From NCBI GenBank assembly GCA_977016875.1, contig CDRNST010000126.1, positions 868,001 to 932,000 of the forward strand: a stretch of 64,000 nt of DNA. The letters run 5' to 3'. The notes beneath the pieces are model-generated. The model searched no databases. It was not told the DNA's origin and saw only the letters and a list, made by a program, of their open reading frames with translations. Below, piece after piece: positions 21,502 through 33,500 of the stretch. Both the position numbers and the translations under genes were made by a program. How positions within the stretch are numbered: the first letter of the stretch is position 1; each line of letters opens with the position of its first letter. The stretch is from Pavona decussata. Taxonomy: Eukaryota.

Positions 21502-24500
21502 ATGATCCGTCCTTTGCAGGAAGAAGTGCGATCCCATTTGAGGTCAGGAGTTGCAATCACAAACTTGACGCAATGCGTGGAAGAGCTTGTTTTGAACAGT
21601 TTAGACGCCGGTGCTTCCACCGTGACAGTGCGAATAGACATTCAAAATTTCAAGATCCAAGTCTCCGATAATGGCAGTGGAATCGCATTTGAGGATCTGA
21701 AGCGTGTTGGCGAGAGGTACTCGAGCAGTAAATGCCACGTTCTCAAAGACCTAGATCATCTGAATTTCTACGGATTCAGAGGTGAAGCGCTTGCCAGTGT
21801 GCGCAAGATTTGCGATATACTTGAAATAGTTACTCGCCACAGATCTTCTTATCAAACTTACTGCAAACTCTTTCGAAATGCGCAAGTTTTGGAACTTGCA
21901 GAATCTAAATTTCCTAGAACAAGCCCTGGAACAACTGTCACCGTTCATAATATTTTTGCAAACCTTCCCGTAAGGCGAAAATCGATCCTAGAAACCGTCG
22001 ACTTTGAACGTATTCGCCACAGAATTGCATCAATCGCTCTTATTCAACCCAAGACTGCATTTTTGTTGATAAATGATTCAACAGGTGCAAAATGTCTCCA
22101 AACTCACGTTTGCAAGTCTCCTTTGTCCACATTCTCCCAGCTGTTTGGGAACAACAGATCCAAAGGCCTACAACAAGTGCAATTTGAGTACAAGAATTTC
22201 AAAGTCTCCGGGTTCATTTCAACTGACACACATCATAGTAAAAGTTTGCAATTTATTTTTGTCAATGGCCGTCTTTTATTGAAGACAAAGATTCACAAAT
22301 TTGTTAATAACATTCTCGGGAAATCAGAGCTTTTGAGAAAGCTCCCTGCACCTGAAATGGACAGCACAAGGTCTGAAGGGTATCAGTTTAAAGCAACTAG
22401 TCCCCAAAATATGAAGACTGTGGACAAGCACGGTATTTTTGTACTAAATGTAGAGTGTCTTGTCACTGAATATGACATTTGCCTTGAGCCAGCAAAGACT
22501 TTGATTGAATTCAAAGACTGGGACAATGTTCTGTATTGCGTACAGAGATGTGTTGAGGACTTTTTGATTCGACACAACTTGATTTCTAACAGTGAACAGT
22601 CACCTAACTCGACAAAATTTAGTGGTGATAATGAGAATGAAGGATTTATGGAGGGGTCATGCCACCCCAGTCTTGACGCGTTTGAGTACAGAAGAGAGAT
22701 TGAAACTAGTAATATGAAGAAAAGTTTGCATTCCTCAACTGTTTCCAGGCCAAAAAAGGCTGAAACAGGAAATGGCAGATGTCAGAATAAGACATCTTGT
22801 GATGAAGAACTTTCTATTTTATGTCATTCTGATGGGAAACTCAAAGACAGCGTTAACAACAAGGGCACAGTTGAAGGTGGTACATTGTGTCATGGCATTG
22901 GTTCTACAGTGCCCGGACATCAAAGTTGTTCTAATAAATATTCTAATTCTATATCAAAGGATGAGTCTTTACAGTTTGTGGAAAAATCAGCTTCTTCATC
23001 AGATAGTAAAAATGTGGAAAGTTCAACCTCAAGTTGCCGTGGTGAAATTGGAAGTAAACCCTTAGAAAGAAGCTACAGCAAACAAGTAAATGATTGGACA
23101 ACATGTTTTAGCACAGCTAGCAGGACCACTGTTACTGCATCAAACTCTGTCAAAGCTTCTGGAGAATGTTCCTATGAGGTAGATAGTACATCTGAAGGTC
23201 TGGTCCTTGCACCATCAAAAAACAATCATTGGATTCTTAGTGACTCCAAGGATTCTTCTTATCACTCTAGAGAAAATGCTGACGGTAGTGTGGCAAGGAA
23301 TTTGTTGATTCCGAAAGCATTCTCAAATGAGAACGTCAGTAATAATTCTTTTCCTGAAAATAGAAGAGTCTGTGATTCAGCAGTGTCTTTTGTTAAGGAA
23401 AAGGATTTGCAGGCTCAAAATCTTGACAATCTCCAAGAAAAAAGTGGTTCTCCTCAAAAGTCTTTTCTCACAAGGCCAGGAAACACTGGTGCATCAAGCA
23501 AAAAGACTAATGAGTCAGTAGCCAAAGTGGTGTCAACATTCACTTCTCCTTGCCCTATAACACTGCAAAATGTTTATGCAAGGAAAAGACCTCAGATTTG
23601 TAAAGAAACTTCTGCATCATGTTTTGAGGTGACGAAAAAGAATAGGAGACTCATCACTTTACAAGGGAACTGCAAAAGAAGGGCTAGATACAACAGGAAT
23701 CTTTCCAGACAATCCTGTGATGTTCAGGATGGTAAAAGCAGTGCACACAGTGTTGCATGCAGCGACCAAATTCTGCAAGAACTGGCTGATAATAATTGCA
23801 GCAGCGAGTCATCAACAACCTTCTACAGTGATTTTATTGCTGGAGCACCTGTTTCTAATCATCCAGACAATTCATTGGATTCCACCAAGGGAAATAGTGG
23901 TATTGACAATAGTGATTCCAGTCTTGAGGTGACTGCATCGTATGGGGATCCTTGTGACTTGGCTGCTTCATTTTCTGGTAATCAGCAAGAAGCAAGTGAT
24001 TCTATACACCAGGTGTGCTTGTCAGGTTTAAACAACAAACAGAATCAACCTGCTAAGGGGAACATTGTGCTTTCAAACAGCGATGAACAAGGAAGGGCCA
24101 TAAATGAGTGGCTTGAGAAAGAAAGTGTTGCTGCAATGAAAAGCCAGTGTGTAGCATCACCAGGGTCAAAGTTAGAACCTTGTTTAGTTGCAGGTAAAAC
24201 AGCTTCCTTTGACTTACATTAGAGTCAAATTGCATATGATTCACCACCAAAACTGCTAGAAATTATAGTAATGTTGCTTGAAAATGGATGGTGTCTTGCA
24301 AGCATAATTTCTGAGATATATGTACATGTAGTGCAGTCAGCATTCTCAAAGACAGACAGCTTCATGACCAGATCTGTTTGACCTCCTTAGAGAGCTGTCT
24401 GCCTTTAAGAGAGTTAAGTCACAGACAAACAAGTGAAAATGTCACCAGCCAAACCGATGGCGTCTACAAATTATGTGCCTTGAAAAGGTATCCATCTTAC

Positions 24501-27500
24501 TGTAGTGAGAGGCAGTAGCTGAAAGGCTAAAATAATGTTAAGTTGACTGCCTGGTTACTGTATTGGTGCCCTTGGGTTTCCGTTATCATGGAAACTCTTT
24601 AGGCTGTATCCCAACCAGTGGCTAACTATATCCTAGCCTCTCTCCCCCCCCCCCCCCCCTTGTGGTAAAGCAATATTACTAATTACTAGTAAGTATTCTC
24701 TTCCCTGTCTATTGCATTCAACTGTGGTGCTGCGTTGGCGGGAAGTGGAAATGAATGTTTGGTTTCTCAACAGAGTTGATAAGGGCTTGANNNNNNNNNN
24801 NNNNNNNNNNNNNNNNNNNNNNNNNNNNNNNNNNNNNNNNNNNNNNNNNNNNNNNNNNNNNNNNNNNNNNNNNNNNNNNNNNNNNNNNNNNNNNNNNNNN
24901 NNNNNNNNNNNNNNNNNNGATTCGAGTGCTGACGTTTGATCGTTAGCCCTGTGTGTTTGCCTGACAAAAAGCTCACACTTGAAACGTCAGCACTTAGATC
25001 TCTTTACAGTCAGAGTGGCCAAATTACCTTTAGCTATCAACTCTTTTGATAAAACCAAACATTTAGATACAAATAACAGGTTAAGCCATAAGTGCTCACC
25101 CAGTTATTTCTAAATTTCCTTTTTGGCAACTTCACCAGAAAGATGATTGCTAGCTTAGATACAAACGTTTGGTTGCCAACCTTAGAAAGCTTAATGTTAA
25201 TATTAATTTTGCTCCTCAATGATGCACATTGTGTTGAGACTGTGGCCAAAATAGATACTCCAAAGTTAGATTTCCCTGGGTATCTGTATTTGTATATAAA
25301 TATCAGGTCCTTACACATTTGTTAGTCATACACACTGTAAGACTAGTGTATATTAACTAGTTTTTCCTAGTGTATGGAGGATCTTTTGGGCTGCACTATC
25401 TCTTCTGTTTCTTAGAATTTAATATTGAACTGAAAATTATTCAAATGGAACAAACAACTATGTTAGCTTATGAAAATATCCCCTTGTAAGACCCAGTAAT
25501 TATCTGCAAAAAATAAATAAGAAATCCATCTGTAATAAATAAGATAAGTGTGATTTATCTCTAATTTGGTAAATTATTTTTCTAGGGAACAATTCTGATG
25601 CACATGACAGAAAATCCCTTTTGAGCAAGAACTGGTATTGTACATTTGATGCATCACTGGGTAGAAATCTCTTCATTAACCCCCGGACAGGTCACTCTTC
25701 ATTTGAACCACCAAGCAGATTGAATGTGGAGGATGATGATTGCTCCACAGTGCACGAGTCTGGAAATGATGGAGAAGAAAGTGACCATCCTCAGCATGTG
25801 CCACACCCAGTTGCCTCTCATTTGTCATTTTCTTGTACTCCATGGCTTCCCCGGGAAGATAGAAAACAGCAAGCGTCTGTTTGTGTTAACAAGGATAGTG
25901 TTCTGTGTTCTCAAGGTAATTTGCAGTTAAGACTTCAACTTTTTACATCCCACTCTCAAAATGCATAACATGCCCTGCAATGTTTGCTTTATATTACTTT
26001 TTTGTTGTGGGTAGTGCACTTTATAGCGCTCTACCCACTATGTCGTCTGGCATGTAAGAGTGAGTGAGTGTCCGTAAACAAACAGGTCCACAGCGCATGC
26101 ACAGCACTTCTCACACGTATGCAATGCATGCCTATTTTTAAATATGGTACTGCTTGGAATAATTTTTTTAAATATCAATTGACAAAACCGTTTATCTTTG
26201 GTGATCATTATTTTCCTTCATGTTTATGACCTTTGCATATGTTTGATAAAGTAGTGGTGTTATCAGGAGATATTAGGTGCTGGTCACTGTTCAGACTTAA
26301 CCCTTTAAGCCCTAATATCAAAGAACAAAATAATTCTCCTATCTTGTCTCCATACTTTTCTTATAAAAGTACTGGGGAGAAGGTATAAGAATGTCAAGAA
26401 AATTCACCTTAGATGATCATGTCCTTAATTCTCATGACTTCATGGGATGAATAAGCATTGATAATACAAGGAGAAATTGGATGCTGATCACTGTTAGGGC
26501 TTAAAGGGTTTAAGAGTTCAGCAGATGTTTTAGGAAACACAAGTGTGAGTTTAACTTAAGTTGCTTTGAATTTCATTATGAAAGCCAGGCTAAGTGCAAA
26601 GTTTTCGTTATGAAAATTAGTTTTTTATTCATATGCAAACAAAATTAATTTTCATTGAAAAGTTTTACGCTTAGCCTCGCTTTCATAATGAGGTTCACAG
26701 CAACTCGGAAATGGCCTATTGTAATTGCGGCAATGTGATGTGAAGGGTACAAATGAATGTTGTGCTGCTAGCACTAATGACAATAGCGATTTTACAGCTA
26801 AATTATTTATTCAAGAGAATACTTCATATGCGGCTCAAGGGAACCAACCTATTGATGTTTTTCTCTTACTGTAGGTGCATCTCAGTTGGCCATTCTGTAC
26901 CAGGAACACCAGCAGAGTCAAGAAACTGAGGAGAAGCTATGCAAGTGGGCTGATGCTGACCAATTGAAAGCCTATGAACAGAATCTGTTTGACCTTACTG
27001 GGAAAAGCGTGGCAGAGATGCTTGAAAGCTGGCAGAATCCTGTGTTTACAGCACCGGAAAAGGTAAGCTCCATAGCCTGGTTGTCCTCCTAATCAGTAAT
27101 GATGGTTACTTCATTTCTCTTTATAATAACCTTATTGGTTTACCAGACAATGCTCATGTACAGTTTCTTTAATGTAAGTTGCACTTTGACCCCAGGTTGT
27201 CTGCGCATCTATCTAGGCCTAGTTGTTCAAAAGCTAATTCACTTTAACTTAATAAAGTTCTGAGGTTTTCATCTTGGCCGTTTTAAAAGCAGTTTTGAAA
27301 GCTAATTTTAAGCTAATGTTACAGAGAAGTTTAGGTCAAAACTGAAGGACAGAAGTCTTTTGGAAGAATGTTTAACGATAAGTCATTTGAACTTGAGGCC
27401 TGAAGTTTAACACTATTCCCACTCCCCCTGATGGGTTGATTTAATATGCAGCACCTTTAATTTTGTTAAAACTGCTGTTCAAAAACATCTCAGGCCCCAA

Positions 27501-30500
27501 AAAACTATTTTCATGTGTACAGTGTCCACAAAATAGTAGTCTTTCAAGACAAATTGTTGAAAACTTGACAACACACTGGGCTAGTTTGCATGAAAAATTA
27601 CCATCAGTTACTAGAACCTTGCAATACACGTAAAATACTTTTGTGTCTGTTCAGGTGTTTTGAGAAATGGACCCAGGCAGGGCTCAAGACTATTGGTAGT
27701 CAACTACATGTAGCCACAGACTGATAATCAATTAATGTTCAGTTTTGGCTAATAAAAATTGTATGGCACTGGAGTGCAAGCAGGGAGGGGTTGCCCATTT
27801 TTCCTCGCCCCAATCCTCCACAGTTACCAAATCCAAGATGGCGGCCTAATACGAAAATGTGCACTCTCGCGACAAAATACGCCTGCACTGTAGGCTACTG
27901 TCGTGCTGGACAGAAAACAAAGATCAAAAATGCAAATCAAGAGAACAAGACCTAGGTTTGGAGAGTTTCTGAAAAATCTTGCATTTGAGGATGGTGCCTA
28001 CCAATAGAAAAAGTATTTTTGCCTGGTTTATGACTATGTGGGAGAAGCATATCTTAGCAAGGGTTATTGGAATCCAAAAAGAAAATTGTGGGTAACCATG
28101 CATTTTTTTAGAGATAATTAAGCAACAATTATTCTAAAATGTCATAAATTACAAAGCAATGTATGGAGTTTTTTTCCAAATTGAAGCTTTATTATCTCTG
28201 AAAAATGCATGATTACCCCCAATTTTCTTTTTAATAGATAGCAAGAGCAGTTGTTAAGTTCTGCTTTCCCTGCACAGTTTTAAACTGCGCAAAAATAATA
28301 TCCCTGGATTAGTAGGCACCACCCATAGGAAACCCGAGTATCTCCATCTGCGCAGAACTTATGCGCAGTAACAAAAGTAGGCACCATCCTGAGGTAGATA
28401 ATTCCAGTCACATGGAATGATGATGGTCTCATCATTCAGTGTCATTGACTCTCAAGTGACCTGAAGCATTTGGGACTTGTAATTGTCTCCTTGCAGGACA
28501 TTTTGATGGTGAACAAAGCTGGTGGTTGTGTTAAGAATCAGATATCAGTTCATAATGCGGTCCATCCATATCACTTCACCAAAGACATGCTGGCGGGCAT
28601 GAAAGTATTGCGGCAGCTGGATGATAAGTTTATTGTGGGTGTACTCTCACAAGAGGGTAAGAGACGCGGTGATTTGGTCAAGGTGGGGTGCTTGGGTATA
28701 TTGGGTATATGGGGATGTGCAAACATTAAGGCCTTTCTTGGGTTTCAAATTAATTCTAAAGCGATCTGAGGACTTTTTTTGGTTTTGAAAACTTTGTGAT
28801 TTTTTTTTTGCTGAAAGAGTTTGGAAAGGATTTTTGGGTGGTTTGACTAAAAGCAAAATCGAGTGTTCCCATTTTATGTCAAGGAAAGGGACTTTTCTGA
28901 GTTATGTTGTGGAAGATTGGGCTTTTTTGTCTTCACCTTTTATCCTAACCAGGCTTTTTTGGGGTCTAATAATAAATTTGGCCTCATTGGCACATCCTCA
29001 TCACTAAATAAATATCTATACATGTAGGCTCATAAATATACCTGTAGGCTCCCTGGGGATTTGATCTTTCAAATACTGTTAACCCTTTAATCCCTAATGT
29101 CAAAGAACAAATTCTACTGCCTTCTCCCCTTACTTTTCTTATAAAAAGTACTGGGGAGAAGTTATTAAAACATGAAGAAAATTCAACCTTTCAAGAGTGA
29201 TCATATCCTTACTTCTTCTTCATTGATATTGCAAGGAGAAATTTGATGCTGATCACTGTAAGTGCTTTAATGGTTTTAAGTACATGTACTGTAAATGTCA
29301 TACTCTGCCAGTGGACTAAGATCCACCTGGAAAAGAAACTATGGACCCTTGTTTTGTGAATGTTATGCTGAAGTGTTGCAACTTCATATTCATTAACTGT
29401 TGCATGCTGGAAAGGATGGACAGCTATCCTAACGCTTTGAAGTACCGTAATGACGGTGGAATGCTGCTAAAACCTCTGTTACTTCCAAGTTTTAACTTTG
29501 TGGCTCCTTTTTATAGTGTGGTAATATTACACTGGTCTTGTGAATCTGTGGCCTATTAGCAGTACCAGTTGTCTTGTGAGATTCAGGGAACAAAAGTCTC
29601 TGTTTATTTTCAGGGGAAGAAGATGATTTGCTGGTTTTAGTAGATCAGCATGCCGCTCATGAGCGTGTCCGATTAGAGCATCTTCAGTCAGGTAGGTCTA
29701 CTCCCGATAACACGAACCTTCGCTAACTCGAAGCAATTTTCCTTTCCCTTCAGGTCATTTTCTATACAATTTTACCTTTGATAACTCAAACTCCCGATAA
29801 CTTGAGCCTTTTTCAATTTCCCTTGAAGGTTCGAGTTATCGGGAGTCGACTGTATATGTAAATGAAAATTGGTTGTTTACGTTGAAATGTTTTCTTCAAA
29901 GGGGGCGTACATGTATATATCCCATTTTTGGCCAAAAGTCAGAAATATACTCCAAACTTGCCCAGTTTTAGTAATAATGCAGTGCAGATTTTGTGCATTC
30001 AAAGTACATGTAGATGCATATTTGCTTTTTGCCTGAAGGCTGAATTTGAAAGGATTTGATCATATGAAATTTCCAGTCCATATTAAAGCAGGGGCAACGT
30101 CCTAGTAAATTAGCCTTGGTACACATACTTTTAATACCTACTAAGGTTAAGTGCACAAATTCTGAAATGCAAGCTAAAACTGGGGAAGTGTGGAACGTAT
30201 TTCTTTGCGTGGTTACCTCCAATTTTCTTTTTGGATTCCAATAGCCCTTGCTAAGATCTGCTTTTTTCCGAATAGTCATAAACCGCGCAAAATACTTCTG
30301 TATAAGTAGGCAGCGTCCTTAAAGTTCTCTGGCATGCAGGGAAAGATCACGTGTCTTGCTTTTCTCTTAAATTGTTAAATTTGTTGATCATTAACCATCC
30401 ATTTAACTGATGGAGGGCTGACAATTGCAAGTTGGCTGCATACAATACTGTTCATAGCACAGTCAAGGCTACTGTCGTTTTACAATTCCTGTAATTTGTC

Positions 30501-33500
30501 AAAGGAGGGAGGGAGTAGGGATGCGCAGTGGTGAGAGCGCTCGCCTTCCACCAATGTGGCCCCGGGTTCGATTCCCGGTCTCGGCGTCATATGTGGGTTG
30601 AGTTTGTTGTTGGTTCTCGTCCCTGTTCCGAGGGTTTTTCTCCTGGTACTCCGGTTTTCTCTCTCCACAAAAAACCAACATTTCCAAATTCTAATTCGAC
30701 CTGGAAACAGTGGATGGAAGAGCCACCCCGTGGAATCCACTAAAATTCCCATTCCCGTTTCCCATTCCCAAAGAATAGGAGGTGAACATGTGTCTTACAA
30801 TGGAAAAATTACAAATCCAGAAAAAGTTACTAGTATCGTTAGAGCGGTTTTCAATTGAGTGTCGAAATTAATAAAATTATTGTGTTTTTGCTTTGGTTTT
30901 GCATTACAACACTCTGTGATTGGTTGTTAAAACTCGCGCCACTTTCTCAACCAATGAGATGTAAAACCCAAACCAATCGTGCCTCGCTCGCACGCGTTTT
31001 CCCGCGCTTGGCGCCCGTTACATGTATTTGCTTCGAATTCTGATTGGTTCATTGGGCTTGCCAGAGTAATAACTGTTTTTGTTTTACGACGCTCGATTGA
31101 AAACCCCTCTATTATTTTAAACCATTTGTCATTTTCCTCAACTTAATCCTCTTTGATTCTCATAGAACTCTTTGAAGATATTTCCTCGCATGGCAAACCT
31201 CAAATCAAATCTTCCCCAGTCTCCCCTCCCTTGGAGTTTGCCTTGTTTCCAGAAGAGGTTCGACTCTTGAAAACATTTCAAACTGAAATAGAGAGGATCG
31301 GAGTACGTTTTATGATCAGCGAGTCTTCGCAAGCTTCTGAAGAGACGTCCATCTCTGTTCATGGTGTGCCATCTGTATTAGTGGAGCGCGAGGTGTCTGA
31401 GGTCAAACGTGGAAGACCTTCTGTTGCCATCAGCAAAGTGAAGGTAATGTACAAGATTAGCCTGACTTGGTGAAAACTATTCATTTTTGGTGGCCCTCCT
31501 AGCATTATGGTCACGTCATGTGTGAGGGGAGAGGGGTGGGGAGCAAGGGGAGGGGAGGTCTCGTCACGAGGTTTTGCATTTCACGGGTCACAAAACTTAA
31601 AATAATTCGGCAAACAAAGAGCTAAAAGGAAGACCACTGAGCACACTGAAGTGTCACTGAAGTTGAAGCCAAGCGATCGGAGGCCATTCACGGTACAAAA
31701 AAACAATTTATTTTATGAAATATCAGTGTATTCACCATTCACAATCAAGGATTTTAGCAGTTCTCGTTTCACGGAGTGCACTTCAGTCACGATTCACAGA
31801 ACGGTTTATCAGTACATCACGATTCATGGACGGCAAAAAAGGCGGATCACTGGGTCACGAAAATTAGCTTACCCCCCCCCCCCCACCCCTCATGTCTGAA
31901 ACTACCTTAACTAAAATTAAGGGTAAGCATAGAGTCTTGTGCAATGCTATCACAAGTGACTTAATATTGAGCTGGAATTCTTATTGCTTGGTATCTGGAT
32001 TTGACATGAAAATTGCAGTGTAATGGTTTTGCTACGTTTAAGAAGTTTCTAAGCCTTGAGGTCCCCCCCTCCCCTAATGTGGCATCCATTATGATAGTTT
32101 CTATTTCCTTCATTTCGTTATTTAAAAAAATTACACATTCTGTACATAATTAATTATTCCAATGATTCTATTTTACCTGGTTTAGGTAATGGCAGGGAGC
32201 GAGGCCAGTTATTTACTATGCATTCTTTTTCTATTTTAACTTATTCAGGGGCTAATCAGAGAGCATCTCGAAGTAAGTTTTATCTAACCTTGTCACAGTT
32301 CTAATAATTAATTTGTTATAGTTTTGAATCATCATAACTTGAACGGAAAAAAATTTTAGTTGTAAATTTTTATAGCGCATAATTCAATGACGAGACGATC
32401 AAATGCGCTTTACAGTATGGGGACAAGCTCCAGATCGAATTGGAATTTGGAAATGATGGTTTTTGAAGACAGACAGTTGTTTATTTCAACACGGAGTTTC
32501 TTCAATTACAAATGAATTGTTTTCTGAGAAGGCCGTGTGCAGGTGTCTTTAAACTCAATTGATTACAGCATACTGTTAAAAAAAATGTTATAGAATACAA
32601 GTAAAATGTTAGTACGAACTCTGGAGACCAAGTAGGCGTAAAGTTTTCCTGAATGATTCCATGGAATGCTTTGCCTTTGTTTTTATAAGACGAAGAGAAT
32701 TCCATAATTTGGCGCCACGATAACAAAAGCTCTTTTTTAAGTACTCAGTATTAGGTTTCTGTAGGGCTAATTTACGACTAGAACTTCCAAGGTTGTAGGC
32801 ACTGCCGTTACGAATCAGGGTAAATGCTTCAGTGATGTATTCTGGAGCCTCCTTATTTACGATTTTATGTATCAGGACTGCAGTATAATGTTGACATCAA
32901 ACTCCAAGGGTGTCTCACTTCAGCATTTTTAAGATATCAGCTGACCTTGTTTCCCGGTCACTTTGAGTAATAATCCGCGCTGCTTGATTATGGAGGCTAT
33001 CGAGTCTACCAGAAAGGCTTTTGTTTAAGCCGGCCCAAACCACATCACGGTAGTCAAATATAATCAAGGTCTTGAGAATAATTTTCACGTTGCTTCAATT
33101 ATTCTGACACCTAGTATCTCAGTTTGGCATAATTCTGCATCGGTCAGTACGCGCACTTGCAGTTACATGACTGTAAACCTCTGCTTGGACACACCTCCTT
33201 TTATCAGCCACCTACATATGTACTGTAAAATCCTGGGACACTAAATTCTTCCGATATAAACCTCTCCCGCAAATAAGTTGTTTTATGGTCAAATCCAATC
33301 AATTTTGAGATACAAAGTTTTCTGTTATAAAATACCGGGAACTGCCGCTTATAATGCCTGGGCTTATACAACTTCATAAGGGGTTTTAGATGGGCTTATA
33401 AACGGAGGGGCTTATATCCGACGGGACTTATTATATAACCGGAATAAAAAATCGTTTCGAAATGAGCTATAGCAGTGTTGATCAAAATACGCTTTTCATT

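Noticed and set aside
21496-24222. 908-aa single-exon protein as listed in the ORF track
   Set aside because: It is exon 1 of MLH3 read from a TTG and past the donor at 24194; the C-terminal endonuclease exons lie downstream.
30511-30590. tRNA gene
   Set aside because: A and B boxes are present but there is no complete cloverleaf, and it continues into a SINE core and tail. The overlapping ORFs at 30480-30858 are SINE-derived.
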